A stretch of DNA of 64,000 bases from the human T2T-CHM13v2.0 reference genome, Homo sapiens. Each line of letters starts with the position of its first letter. Positions within the stretch are counted from its first letter, which is position 1. The notes below the pieces were generated by a model. The model was not told where the DNA came from, ran no database searches, and saw only the letters and a program-made list of their open reading frames with translations. The stretch lies in the NCBI RefSeq assembly GCF_009914755.1, contig NC_060932.1, one strand, 5' to 3'. A program made the translations under genes and the position numbers. Shown piece by piece: positions 44,311 to 64,000 of this stretch.

Positions 44311-45389
44311 TTCGGATCCCTTATGCCCAGCAAAATGCCTTTGATCTCGTAATCATTTAAATGGCTGCTGAACAAACAAATTAATAAGTAAATACTAGGC
44401 TGGAGAAGGGCATCAGCCTTCCTGCTCAATCCCACACAATATCAGGGTTCCCTTGGGTCCCATTAGATCCCTGATGGGCCTGGCCTACAACCCATATTCC
44501 TCAAATCAGTTATTCCCTGGGGTTAAGACATTCAAAGCCTCAGTTTCCCAGGGTCAAGCAACACATTTAGCAGCTCCAACTCAGTATCAACAGTGTGCTT
44601 ATGGCAAAACTCAAGGAAAAAAACAAAAAATACAGGATGCTTATTTTTCAGCTGAGTCAGAAAAAGTTTAAACCTGTGGTTCCAAAAGCCAGCTCACAGG
44701 CCAGAAGTAAAACAATCCTCCAGGGAACTTAAAAAAGATTCCCTAGCCATGCACCAACTCCTGAAAGCCAAGAATATTTTGTAAGCTTCATAGATGACTT
44801 AGTGCGAAGTTAACTGCATGCAATTCTAGAGCATAAAGTACTGCTGAAAGGGTGTGCAAACCTCTTTCTGCCTGGACTCCCTTCCCTGGGATCTATTTGT
44901 AGGCAATCCCCCAAGAAGCAAGCAAGCAGAAATTAAGCTTCCAGTGTGGGGAGGCACACCCATGGGTACACACCCAGGGGTAGGGCCCTTATCTTTATGT
45001 TCTGGCCAAGGTGGAGCAGGTCACTTGTGCTATAGCAGATTCATCTCTCCTGTGGACATATTCCAGAAACTGGAGTTACTCTACAGAATATCTCTATTCA
45101 TGAACAGGTTCTTTTTAAAAGGCTGTCTAGTTCATTTGCAAAAATTCTAAAGAGACTAAGAAAATTGCAGTTGAAAATAAATCAAATTGATAATCAAGTT
45201 TGGGGCTTCTGCCTAACTAAGGGATGCAGAGTTGGCACTTCAAAAACTAAAAAGATGAGAAAAGTACCTCTCAGTCCAGGTGACACAAATACCAGTGGTA
45301 TCAAGATATTTGCTGGATTACAGAAAAAAGGCAAGAAATATTTTTCTTTTAGATGCTGAGTTTCTTCCAAATTATTAAAATCAAATAAA

Positions 45390-45712
45390 TGTAAGTAGTG
45401 TGCCAAGTACCAAGTGCTGAGCATAACTCATTTCATATTTAAAATATCCCTATGAAATACTTTATTCCTTTTTTATTTTGTAAAGTTTTCTTATTGATAC
45501 ATAAGAGCTGCACATATTTTCATGGTACATGTGATAATTTAACATTCATATAATCAAAGAAAGGTAATTGGGATAAATATTTAAGGTGAAGATATCCCAA
45601 ATTTTCAGAAGAATCTGAGGATCAGAGAGGTAAAGTAAACCTAAGATGCCACAGGCAGTAAGTAGTAGAGTTGGGATTTGAACTTATGTAGTCTGGTCCC
45701 AAAGCTTACCCT
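45390..45712 (-). mobile_element. MIR interrupted by a short L1MA 3' fragment (~45470-45575)
   Basis: gtgccaagtaccaagtgctgagc...ctgaggatcagagaggtaaagtaa...gttgggatttgaac; insert ttattgatacataa...catggtacatgtgataatt. Confidence 0.6.
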
Positions 45713-47799
45713 CTTGTCCATTATAAGACTTACATAAATATAATCCTGAGTGGGAGGAGAGGAAGGAAATGGCCAATGTTACTCTCTTCCCTTCTGTCAT
45801 AAATTCCTGCAAACCCCATGAACTGGTCATTCCTTTAAGTGGCTGAATCTTTAAATTCATAAAATGAAGCCTGGGGCCATTATTGGTTTGATACAAGACG
45901 AGGATAACCAATGGTATATTTTGTTATTCCTACAGGACAAAGAAAGTAACAAACATTTGCCAAAATAGTCTCTATCCACAAGACCAGACAAATATTTTGG
46001 TCACTTCAGAATCTTTGTCAACTACCCAAGTAGAGGCAATGGATTTCAATTAGGGGAAAAATATTTGAGAAGGAACTCTAACATGTTTGGCATACCTCAC
46101 GATTATTAGAGACAGCACATTTCCAAGGTTGTAAGAAATCTACAGCCTTGCTGGATTATCTTGATACTAAATATCTTTGTCTATAACTACCAAATATTAA
46201 AACACGAGAACATAGTTAATTATATTTTACAAACAGCCTCATATTTAATGAAATGAGTTCATGTCTCCTCAACTGAAAATGGCATTCTACTCTCCAGAAA
46301 AAGTATAGAGACTGTTAAACATACAATATAAACTAAAATCAAAGGAAGCTACTACATGTATACACACACATATAAATGCAACAAGTATCTGTAATAAGTT
46401 TTCCAAGTATTGCTTATTGTCATGCTTCTATCAGTATGTTCTTGTCAGTTTTACTTAACTCAGGCGTTAAAGCATGAGAAACCAACAGTTTAAAAATAGC
46501 ATTTAGAAATTTTAAATGTAATGAAAATTATTTAAAATGAATCACCAGTGAATCAGAGGTATCCAAGAAGAGATTCACAGTCCAAACTACCATAATTTTA
46601 GTAAAAGACATTACCTGGAGATTGACATATAAAGAGTATCAGTGACTTATGATGAATACAAAACAAACCTTCCATGATCTTAGCAGGGCAGGTTCAAGGA
46701 CCTGTACTGAAACTTGAGCTAAATTGGTGAGTGCCTTTGAGTTGAAGTCTATGCCAGTAACAGTGAACAGGAACAGTAAACATAAGATGGCCACTGAATA
46801 TTTACTGTGCTCAAATACTGCATTCTGTTTGGCTTTTGATGATTTAAGGCAGCAGATCCAAATAAGAGTTCCAAAAAATGAAAATAATCATAGGTACTTT
46901 GAGAAGACTACAGAGAATGCATTGTCAAGAAATTTAAAAAGATGTCAATGCTCACAGAATAGGTAAAAAAAAAAAAATACCTTTTAACATTTCTATTATA
47001 AAAATAGAAGTGTTTTCTACTGTTTACTATGTAACTAATCAAAAACAGAATTGCAACTACAAAGCTATAACATAGTTATAATAATGTCTTTATGTATTAG
47101 AAAAGCTAGACACTGAGTTATTGAGAACAGATGTAAAAAAACCTTCCTCCTTTAGAATTTTCAAAAATTAGTTACCTATTTTCATTACAGTAGCTTAGAA
47201 ATCAGAAGGAATTAATGAATTAAGACACTTCTGGAAATTCCTTCCAATCAGTTTGATTCTAATACAAAACAGACAAAATTTGTGGGTAATAAATTGTAAA
47301 GAAGATCAATATGTAAGTGTATTTTAGGTGCCTTTATGTGTTTTCCTAATCTTCCTGTAGAAAAAAAATTAAATTCCAGTAATACAATGCCCAGGGCTCA
47401 TCATCTAAATGTTTTATTAATAGCCAGATTGGTTCTAACATATATCTTTCTTTGAAAGACAACTGCAGCTGTTTTAATGACCATTGAATCTTAAATTCGG
47501 GGTCACTGATAGTTTCAGTGCAATGAAGTAGGCCACCTGAAAAATTATGGAGACTATGCACAATTTCCCCAAGATGTGTATGTTTTTGTGTCTTCATATG
47601 TGCATGTGTAATCTAAAATATACTTTTCCATAGAACACATCTGGGCATATTGGTGAGAAGACAGTTTACTTCTACATAAATGTGTGTTTTTAGGATTATG
47701 ACTAACAAATTACAAATATCCTTAAATGTAAAACCAAAAAATCTGGATATTTAAAAATTATTGGAGACATCCCATAACTGTAGCCATATTAAAGGGAAT

Positions 47800-51766
<3,967 letters not shown>

Positions 51767-52326
51767 TGAAACTACCATTGCAAAATTATAACTGAGATAG
51801 TGAAAGAGATTTGACTTAACCTCCAAGCTGTCTTTGTTTATTCCTGGGCCTAGGCTGAACTAACTTTGGGATGAACTTAGTTTATAGTTTAAAACAAAGA
51901 CGATAATAGCCCTTTCACAAAACAAACCTCCCTCTTGACTGGGGACTAGACTGCCTTTGTAAGACCAAGAAATTAGCCACAAGATTAGAAATTATGATTT
52001 AGGAGTCATGCAGCTGGAAGCTACAAGATTCTGACCCTCTGTAACCTGCTCCTAAGATCAATGCTTGAGATATTTTGCAGATCCTGCACTTGACGGATTA
52101 GCTGGCACCAGCCAGTTTGATAAACTGGCTCATCTGACCTTGTGGCCCCCACCCAGGAACTGACTCAGCACAAGATGACAGCTTCAGCTCCCTATTATTT
52201 CATCTCTGACCTGACCAATCAGCACTCCTGGCTCACTGGCTTCCCTCCACCCACCAAGTTGTCCTTAAAAACTCTGATCCCTGAATGCTCGGGGAGACTG
52301 GTTTGAGTAATAATAAAACTCCTCTG
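51767..52326 (+). mobile_element. LTR8 3' LTR, ending just after its poly(A) signal
   Basis: tgaaactaccattgcaaaattataactgag...ggctgaactaactttggg...gaccaatcagcac...gtaataataaaactcc. Confidence 0.85.
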
Positions 52327-53774
52327 AAAAGAAAAAGTTACAAAAATTAAAGAAATAAAAATTATAATAAGAGTTGCAAAATTGCTATAGTAAAAGTTTA
52401 TGAGTCAAAACGAATCACTGCTACTTTTCTGGCTCTGATGAAGAACATTTTTCACTGAACAGCAAAGCTTCAAGCGTCCAGTATTTTATGCCACAAAATA
52501 AGGTGAAATAAAGTCTATTAGCTAGGGACAGGGCAAGACTTATCTCCCTCCAAGTTCCTGTATATATGAACAAGATATGGAAATGACCAAAAATCTGGAT
52601 GAGGCAGGTTATGTATTAGGAGGAAGAGAAAGAAGGAGGGAAGAATGATGCCTGCCAGATGTGAAGAGTTGATTCTCTCTCTTTCTTAAGGATGAGACTT
52701 TAATTACTATGGCTACCACCTAAATACACATTGGCTTAGGGGATCATTTTATAAAAACCTTCTCATTTAATAATAATTCACTGAGATCACAAACATGGCA
52801 GGTAAACATTTTATTCGTGACAGGATATGATTTTTGAAGCTACTTGTTAGAGCTTATAAATTGGTATTAAGATCGCTTTGTCATTGATCCTATCCAAAAG
52901 GTTTCTATAATGCCAACTCCAAAAAAACTAAATCATAAGGAGCTTCTAAAAACATGATCCTCTAGGGAAGTCTGCAATGGAAACATTAAATGTGACAATA
53001 TTTGGATCATATGCCACTTTAAGTCATTAAAGTAAAAAGAAAAGTAGGATTCAAGCATAAATCCCCTTCCATATTTATTCCATAAAACTGCATAAATGGT
53101 GCATTTCACAATTTGAGTACATTGATTGATTGAAATACTGTGGTTCTTCCACTAAAATCATGAGTGTTTCCCAGTGCCAGAAAGACTTTATTTTAGAAGT
53201 AGAAATTAGATACGTTCCCATTAAGGATTATATGAATGCATAATGTTATTCAGGTAAAGAGTTCCTTCCCCAAATGCCACTATGGGAATTTTCTATATTA
53301 TCAATTACAACTGGTACATACCTGTATATCTATACATTCAAAATTAAGTGCAAGAAGTTAAAACGTAAAGTAGATTAAAAATAATGAAGTGTTCACGTAT
53401 ACATCTGGTTTAAGTGTAAAATGGTACAACCTGTCTGGAATGCAATAGACAGCTGTTTTAAACTTCTTCAAAAAGTGTGTACTTTTTGATTCTTTTAATG
53501 CAATTAGAGGACTAACATGAGAAAAATATTTGAAAGGCAGAAAAGGATGTTAGCACAGATAGTTACTGCAGATTTATGTATATAATTAGACATGGACTCA
53601 ACCTAGAGGTTAAACACTGAAGGAATTTTTTGGTGGGTACATTATACCCTAAAATAGATTATACAGCTATTAATGTTGTCTGTAGTGACTTTTTAATGAC
53701 TAGAAAACACACTTCTGATAGAAAATAAGTTTTGAAAAATTTCTAAGACTATAGAAAATCGTTTTGATTAGCAG

Positions 53775-53779
<5 letters not shown>

Positions 53780-53811
<32 letters not shown>
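53780..53811. repeat. (CA)n microsatellite
   Basis: About 16 AC units seen directly. Confidence 0.95.
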
Positions 53812-53813
<2 letters not shown>

Positions 53814-54047
53814 CCCTTTAGAAAAAAAGAAGAGAAGAAAAAATTTACTCTTCCATTGTGAGATATGAGGCAGTGGTGAGTTTTTAAGTTTCTGTACTGT
53901 CTAGATTTGTGTCACATCACTTATAAAAGTTATTCTTACATGGATTACTGAATTTTCAACAGCAGAGGCCACAAAATCTAAGTACTGAAAGTAACTATCA
54001 ACTTAGATTTGTATAACAGGAAAACTATCTTTTAGGAGTGATGGTAG

Positions 54048-56615
54048 CATTCCCACTAAAACTATTCCAAAAAAATTGAAGAGGAGGGACTGACTCCTCT
54101 CCAACTAATTCTATGGGGCCAGCACCATCCTGATAACAAAACCTGACAAGAAAAAAGAGAAAACTTCCAGCCAATATCCTTGAGGAACATTGATGCAAAA
54201 ATCCTCAACAAAATACTGGCAAACTGAATCCAAAGCATATCAAACAGCTTATCCACCATGATCAAGTAGCTTTTATCATTGGGATGCAAGGTTGGTTCAA
54301 CATATGCAAATCAATACCAGTGATTCATCACATAAATGGAACTAAATACAAAAAAACACATGATTACCTCAATAGATACAGAAAAGGCTTTTAATAAAAT
54401 TCATTCCTTCACAATAAAAACTCAATAAAGTAGGCATTGAAGGAACATACCTGAAAATAATAAGAGCCATCTATGACAAATCCACAGCCAATGTCATACT
54501 GAATGGGCAAAAGCTGGAAGCATTCCCCCTGAAAACTGGCACGAGACAAGGATGTCCTCTCTCACCACTTTTATTCAACATAGTATTGGAAGTCCTGGCC
54601 AGAACAACCAGGCAAACAAAAGAAGTACAGGGCATCCAAATAAAAACAGAGGAAGTCAAACTATCCCTATTTGCAGATGACATGATTCTATACCTAGAAA
54701 ACCCCACAGCCTCAGCCCTAAAGCTCCTTCACCTGATAAACAACTTTAGAAAAAGTCTCAGGATACAAAATCAATGTACAAAAGTCACTAGCATTCCTAT
54801 ACACCAACAGTCAAGCTGAGTGCCCAATCAGGAATACAATCTCATTTACAATAGCCACAAGAAGAATAAAATATCTAGGAATACAGCTAACCAGGGAGGT
54901 GAAAGATCTACAAAACACTGCTCAGAGAAGTCAGATATGACAGAAACAAATAGAAAAATATTCCATGTTCATGGGTAGAATGGATAGGAATAATCAATAT
55001 CACTAAAATGGCCATACTGTCCAAATCAGTTTATAGATTCAATGCTATTCCTATCAAACTACCAATGACATTTTTCATAGAACTAGAAAAAACTATTTTA
55101 AAATTCATATGAAACCAAAAACTGAGCCCAAGTAGACAAGGCAATCCTAAGCAAAAAGAACAAAGCTGGAGGCATCACACTACCTGACTTCAAACTACAT
55201 ACTATATACTACGGGGCTGCAAACAACATGGTACTGGTACAAAAACATACATGGAAAAATGGAACAGAGAGCCCCAAAATAATACTGTACATCTACAACC
55301 ATCTGATTTTTTATGAAGCTGACAAAAACAAGCAATGGAGACAGAACTCTAGTCAATAAGTAGGATAATTGGCTAAGCATATGCAGAAGATTGGAACTGG
55401 ACTCCTTCCTTACAGCATATAAAAAATCAACTCAAGATAAATTAAAGTCTTAAATGTAAAACTACAAACTGCAAAAACCCTGGAAGACAACCTGGGCAAT
55501 ACCATTCTGGACATAGGAACAGGCAAAGATTTCATGAAGACAGGAAAAGCAATTACAACAAAAGTAAAAATTGACAAATGGGATCTAATGAAACTTACGA
55601 GCTTCTGCACAGCAAAAGAAACCATCAATAGAGTAAAATAGACAACCTCCAGAATGGCAGAAAATATTTGCAAGCATGCATCTGACAAAGGTCTAATATC
55701 CAGCATCTATAAGGAAATTAAATTTGTAAGGGAAAAAACAACCCCATTAAAAAGTGGGCAAAGGACATGAACAGATGCTTTTCAAAAGATGACACACATG
55801 TGGCCAAGAAACATGAGAAAAAGCTCAACATCACTGATTAAACAAATGCAAATCAAAACCACAATGAGATACCATCTCACACCAGTCAGAATGGCTTTTA
55901 CTAAAAGGTCAAAAAATATCAGACGCTAGTGAGGTTGTGGAGAAAAGGAAACATTTATACACTGTTGGTGGGAGTATAAATTAATTCAATCATTGTGGAA
56001 AGCAGTGTAACGATTCCTCAAAGAGCTAAAAACAAAATTACCATTCAACCCAGCAATCCCATTACTGGGTATATACACCCAAAGAATATAAGTTGTTTCA
56101 TCATAAAGACACATGCACTCATATGTTTGTTGCAGCACTATTCACAACAGCCAAGACATGGAATCACCCAAGATGCCCATCAATGATAGACTGGATAAAG
56201 AAAATGTAGTACATATATACCATGGAATACTATGCAGCCATAAAAAAGAACAAGAGCATGTCCTTTGCAAGAACAAGAGCATGTCCTTTGCAAGAACATG
56301 GTTGATGCTGGAGGCCATTATCCTTACCAATCTCAGCAGGAACAGAAAACTAAATACCCCATGTTCTCAATTATAAGTGGGAGCTAAATGATGAACACAC
56401 ATGGACACATAGAGGGGAACAGCAAACTCTGGGGCCTATCGGGGGTTGAGAGTAGAAAGAGGGAGAGAGTCAGGAAAAATAACTAATGGGTACTAGGCTA
56501 AGTGCCTGGGTGATTAAATAATCTGTACAAACAACCCCCTTGACACAAGTTTACCCATATAACAAAGTTGCACGTGTACCCCTGAACATACAATTAAAAA
56601 AAAAAAGACAAAAAA
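54048..56615 (+). mobile_element. 5'-truncated old primate L1 (L1PA13-16-like), ~2.55 kb
   Basis: Decayed ORF2 ([17 protein letters not shown]); 3'UTR aataactaatgggtactaggct; A tail; internal 23-bp tandem duplication at 56246-56291. Confidence 0.9.
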
Positions 56616-56619
56616 GAGT

Positions 56620-57323
56620 GAATGTAACCAAGATACTTTAAGACATATAAAAACTGAGGTTACTACAAACAAACCCTCACTAAAGGGAGCATCTGAAGAT
56701 GTGCTTCAGAAAGTAGGAAATCGGCCACAGAAATAAATTGAGACACAAAAAGGAATGCTGAGGGGGAGGGAGACATGAACATATGGATAAATCAAAACAA
56801 GCATTGCATATATCAAACAATAAAAAATGTCTAATTTTGAGGTTAAACATAAGGTGGAACTTAGTACTGCACAATATTAACATATTCTTTGAAAAGAGAG
56901 AGGAGGGGATCAGTATTAAACTCTTTGAAAGTCCGTGTATTGTCTGGAAAATGGATGCAATTCCAATAAAAATTCCTCAAGGCTTTTGTGTACCTCTGTT
57001 GGTTTCAACATTTTTATAAAAGATCAAGAAGCCAAAATGGCCAAGACTCCTCTGAATTAAAACAAGGTGAGGTGAGGAACCTTGTTCTACCAAATTTTAA
57101 ATTTATTATTATTAATGTATAGTAATTAAGAGCAGTAGGGTACTGATGAAGGGATTGATGAACAGACAAACTGAACAGAAAAGAGACCATACCCATACAT
57201 ATATAGAAACCTCATACGCCAGAGCAGTGGAAAAAGAATAGGATCTTAAATCAGTCATGCTAGGATGTCTGGTTTTCCAAAAAGGAAAGCAAATAAATTG
57301 TATTCCCAGCTCTCACCTAACAT

Positions 57324-57356
<33 letters not shown>

Positions 57357-57480
57357 AAGTTCTCAAGTAGATTTATGGTTTAAATATGCATGCAAAAAAA
57401 ATGAAAGCTTTTAGCACAAAATACAGGAGAATACAGAGGTAGGGAAGTATTCTTCAAATCTCCATAAAATATCAGTATAT
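56620..57480 (+). mobile_element. Ancient L1M fragments with (CA)n at ~57325-57352
   Basis: atgcaattccaataaaaattcctcaaggcttt...gtaattaagagcagtagggtactgatgaaggga. Confidence 0.55.
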
Positions 57481-57524
57481 ACAATTACAATAAGATCACT
57501 ATCCTGCACTCAGATAAACCTCAT

Positions 57525-57820
57525 AGCTATCTCCCATTTATAAGTGATAACATATGATTTTTTTATTCTTGAGTTATAAAGTTATCTTTTATGAATGCAT
57601 TTTTGAATGAATTCAGAGTGATATGATGGATTTAGAGGCTTGGCAGGGGGTTAAGGTTGAGAGGGGATGTCAGGGGTAAAAGACTACATATTGGGAACAG
57701 TGTACACCGCTCAGGTGACAGGCGCACTAAAATCTCAGAAATCACCACTCGAGAACCCATCCATGTAACCAAAAACCACCTGTACCCCAAAAACTATTGG
57801 AATAAGAAACAACTTTAAAA
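57525..57820 (+). mobile_element. L1PB3/4-like 3' end with an inverted 5' piece (57525-57575)
   Basis: gactacatattgggaacagtgtacaccgctcaggtgac...catgtaaccaaaaaccacctgtacccc; upstream ctcccatttataagtgataacat is antisense L1. Confidence 0.7.
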
Positions 57821-57881
57821 GAGGTGTAAAACAAACTGTGAGAAGTTATTTGAAACACACAGAACTGACAAAGGATTTGTG

Positions 57882-60378
<2,497 letters not shown>

Positions 60379-61129
60379 TTACAGATGTGCAACTAAGGTT
60401 TATATAATGGAGAGCAACTCACATGTCCAATTCTGTTTTGTTTACACCAATGGTAACTAGCAAATTCTAAAATTCCTAACTAATCAGAAATATTAAATAT
60501 AGACCAAAAAAATCACTGTGCAGGTAAAGACCTAGAGGGCTCATCTGCTCTATATATATGCCTTAAAATATGTATACCTGCATTTATCCTGGAAAAAGTA
60601 TTTTAGAGACCCATGAGAATACTTAAGTATTCTTAATAACCTTAAGTGCTAAGGATCTCTTGATTATTTGAACTCTGAACCCCCTTCTGTCGTTACTTCA
60701 GTAGTTTCTGAGAGAGAAAAATAGCCACCAGGTTCCATATAATCTCTACATTCCTTAAACCTTATTAGATCATCCTTTACCCTTTTAAAAAATACATAGT
60801 TAACAGATGTACTGCTTAGCTGACAAAGTTTGAATAATTAGCTTTTTATATAAACACATACTGCCTATTCTTCTTTTGAAATGTCATTTTTATTTTAAAC
60901 AAAAGACTAAAAATTTAATCTTGCCAAAGTATTCCAGATTACACTGTAAAGACTTCTCCAACACTGTGCTTCTAAGCCTAACCTTTTGATTCCCTTTAGT
61001 AAAGGCACTTAGATTACATAAAAGTAACAGAACTAGGAGAAATGCCATTCCAAATTTTGATGTATGGAATGTTTAAAAGTGGTGAGTTCCTAAAGTGGAT
61101 GCTTTCCAACAATCATCTTAATTCAGGAG

Positions 61130-61400
61130 AGCAATATAACAGACAAGTTTAGAACATGCTCTTTGGAGACTGAGCCTTGGTTTCAGCCTCAGCTCTGCCA
61201 CTGTAACTTATCCAAAGCTTCATAGCGGGTATCTTCTCTAGGGCTTCAGTTTCTCATCTGTGAAGTGTGAGAAATAGTAGTTCCTATGAGATAAAGTTGG
61301 CGTTATGATTAAATAAGGAAATTAAGTAAAAGTTTAGTCCGGTTCATGGCGTATTGTGAGCATCAGTACATGTTAGTGGTGGTGGTGATGGTAGTTGGTG
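61130..61400 (+). mobile_element. MIR
   Basis: ctttggagac...cagctctgccact...cttcagtttctcatctgtgaagtg...gattaaataag. Confidence 0.7.
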
Positions 61401-62439
61401 GTGATAATAACAATGACAGTGACAGAGAATGTCAATGAGACCAGAAGATCAAGAATAGATTTTCTTAGCCTTCCTTAAACCAACCATATAAATCAATCTA
61501 ACTCAGAGCCAAATCACAAGAAAGGCTGGACCGCATGCCCTGACACTGTTGCAAGGCCAATGCCACGGCTGCTGCCACAGCTCAGTCACACCATGGACTG
61601 TGAGTTGTCTGACTGGTAGTAGACGTCTCTCTTCCTACCTCTGATGGATGGTAATGGCTGCTTTGGATGGGATCCATTTTACATCCTCTGACTTAAACAG
61701 CTTTGCAAAAGTAATTTTTCATTGTTTTGAGAGGATAAGTAACACTACAGAAGTACTCATGTCCAACGAAGTGAGGATCATACAACAAAAGGAAAACACC
61801 CAAAGGAAAACAAATGTGTAGAGGAGATAAATTCACTTCAGGATGGATGTTTACCAAAAAGAAATTACATCCACAATTCTCGCAGTTGGGGACCAATGGC
61901 AAGTTACATGCCCCCTGTTTAGCAGCTGAAAGCCAGCCAGATCCTGTGGCTTGGCTCTCTCACAAGCTTTAAATACACGAACTCGCATAACAGCACCCAA
62001 GCAAGCAAATAATATGCACACTGCTCTTGGCTAAGAAGAGAGAGAGAGGGAGGACAGAGAACTTTTTCAATAACTACAAGCTTGGAGAGCTTATACAGAT
62101 AAATGGGTTCAGTTTCTGCTGAGGAAGAAAACATTCAATTAAGACTTCAAAATTGCTGAAGGATACTTTAAAACACAGTGTCAGTGTCTGTCTCTCACCT
62201 TAGAACTATCTAGTATATATTATAGGAAACTTAGAACAGTTAGAGATTTTAGTTTTTCAGTAACTGCTTTTCTTCTATTTCTTCCACCTATCCAAATAGG
62301 TTTTCTACCATGAAGAAAAATGCAAAGCAATTCCGTCTGTATTTATTAACTCTAATTTTTAAAGAAGTAACAGTATAAGGCACAATGTCTGCCAGACTGG
62401 ATTACCTCACCCCAATTCAGTTCTAGTATTCATAGAAAA

Positions 62440-62523
62440 AAATCTATGCATCTATTTGCCTACTTAGTTTAAGATTTTCAGGTGATTCTGATGTTCTCCT
62501 TGGTTTAAGAACCACTTCTCTAG
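62440..62523. mobile_element. MER5-like hAT fragment
   Basis: caggtgattctgatg...gtttaagaaccact. Confidence 0.5.
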
Positions 62524-62589
62524 ATCAGTACCATTAAGATCATTTTATCTATATTCCTTAGTGGACTGACATTATCAACATCATTGCTA

Positions 62590-62810
62590 ATTACCATTAA
62601 TATGCGCCCATGTACAACATCAAGCATTTCACATGTATTGACTTACTTGGTATTCATTACAAGTTTTGACATAGGTATTATTTTACAAATGAGGAAACTT
62701 TTGGGTTTGTAAAGGATTGGTGAAGTCACTTAATCGCAAAGTTCACAGAGGTACTAAGTAAAGAAGCTTACGAACCCCAAAGATTTCACTCTTTAACAAT
62801 GTGTTGTATT
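62590..62810 (-). mobile_element. MIR
   Basis: aagcatttcacatgtatt...ataggtattattttacaaatgaggaaact. Confidence 0.65.
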
Positions 62811-64000
62811 TCCTTGGTTATATAAGAGCTGAAAGGGTTAGCAATAAAGTAGAAATGGAATATAGGGAACTAGGTTTGCAATAAGGTTGAAGATAAAGAG
62901 AAATTAAATTTCACAGGCTCTATTAATCAGATCTCTGTCACTCTAATGTTCACTACCTCCAGTTCTGAAGCTGCAAGGCTTCCTCAACTGCTGAATAACT
63001 GATGAATGTTGTAGGTTTACTCATTCATCTAACCTTTGTTACACCATATTGCCACTAGCATTTTTCATGATATGCAGATACATTCTGAACCACAAAGTTG
63101 AATAACACACCAGTGCAATAAAATTATATAGTCATGGTTTTGCAATGATTTCAAAGTATGTTGTTTCATCCCTAAATCAATCATCTAACTCATGATGGAC
63201 ACTCCATAAAGCCTTATTAAATATACAACTATGATCTCACACTTGGAGAAACTGGATTATTGTCAGAAAGGCACACACATACCACCACCAGATCAACAGC
63301 AGAGCCAGGCATTGAGGTTTGCCCGATTACCAGACACTTGGCTTAACCAGTGTGTGTCATTTTTCATCCCATGACCATATAATATGGTTCGAATCCTTAC
63401 TTAACTGACTTGCTAAACTATCAAGCAGGATTTTATAATCCAATTTGCTTCTCATCATTTAGGCAGCTGTTTTAACCAAACTGTGCTAATTTGTTTCAGG
63501 GAATACATAAAATCCAGTGTTTTTCTACCCGGGCTGGAAAAATAACATATTTTGCTAGTGAAAGAAGTATAGATTACTGCTATAAAAACATATGATAGGA
63601 AATTAAGCCAATTACAAGATGTAAAATTTAAGGTTTAAACTGCTTAGTAAATTCTTATTAATCTTGCACTAAAAATTGATACCAACAACAGATAAGAGTT
63701 ACTTTGTGTAAACTAGCTCTCCTCAAATTAGTGCTATTTCTTTCCTAGTAAAAATAAGTATTAATATAAAGTGTGTCTTTATTCTCCCCGTATCCTCCAA
63801 ATCATATCAATAGCTTTGGAGTACTTTTGGCTCCACGATAGCCAAAGTCCAGTAAAGCCCTTGGTAATTTGAGACCTGCAGTACACATTTGACAGAAGCC
63901 CCCTTTATTTTCCTTTCCATCAAAACACATGATTGTTATCACTACATATTACTTTATGTTTGGACACTTAGTGCTCACGAAATTAACTGAATCATTTGTA

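Overview
This is primate (human or great-ape-like) AT-rich, repeat-dense genomic DNA, not a prokaryotic or accessory region. The only host protein-coding sequence I can support is the last coding exon of RSPO2 (R-spondin 2) on the minus strand (33577-33692, ...GKRTPKAKEKRNKKKKRKLIERAQEQHSVFLATDRANQ*). It is followed by a ~1.75 kb 3'UTR ending near an ATTAAA signal at ~31831. Positions 33693-64000 are the last RSPO2 intron and 1-31800 is downstream intergenic DNA. Most long ORFs in the track come from LINE-1, Alu or ERV repeats. The main structures are: a three-level nested insertion (MER58B > MER11 solo LTR > full-length L1PA2/young-L1PA3 with open ORF1, open ORF0, intact YY1 site, 12-bp TSD and a 21-nt 3' transduction); a 5S rRNA pseudogene next to an Alu; a truncated LTR8-type ERV1; and two tail-to-tail L1 pairs. 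I found no evidence of a novel multi-gene system. The best leads are regulatory: a CUGG-loop (Smaug-like) hairpin and a stop-codon-overlapping poly(A) signal in the RSPO2 3'UTR, an L1 antisense promoter aimed at the RSPO2 3' end, and an unexplained ancient ~170-bp duplication. Repeat subfamily names come from recalled consensus sequences and boundaries of old repeats are approximate.
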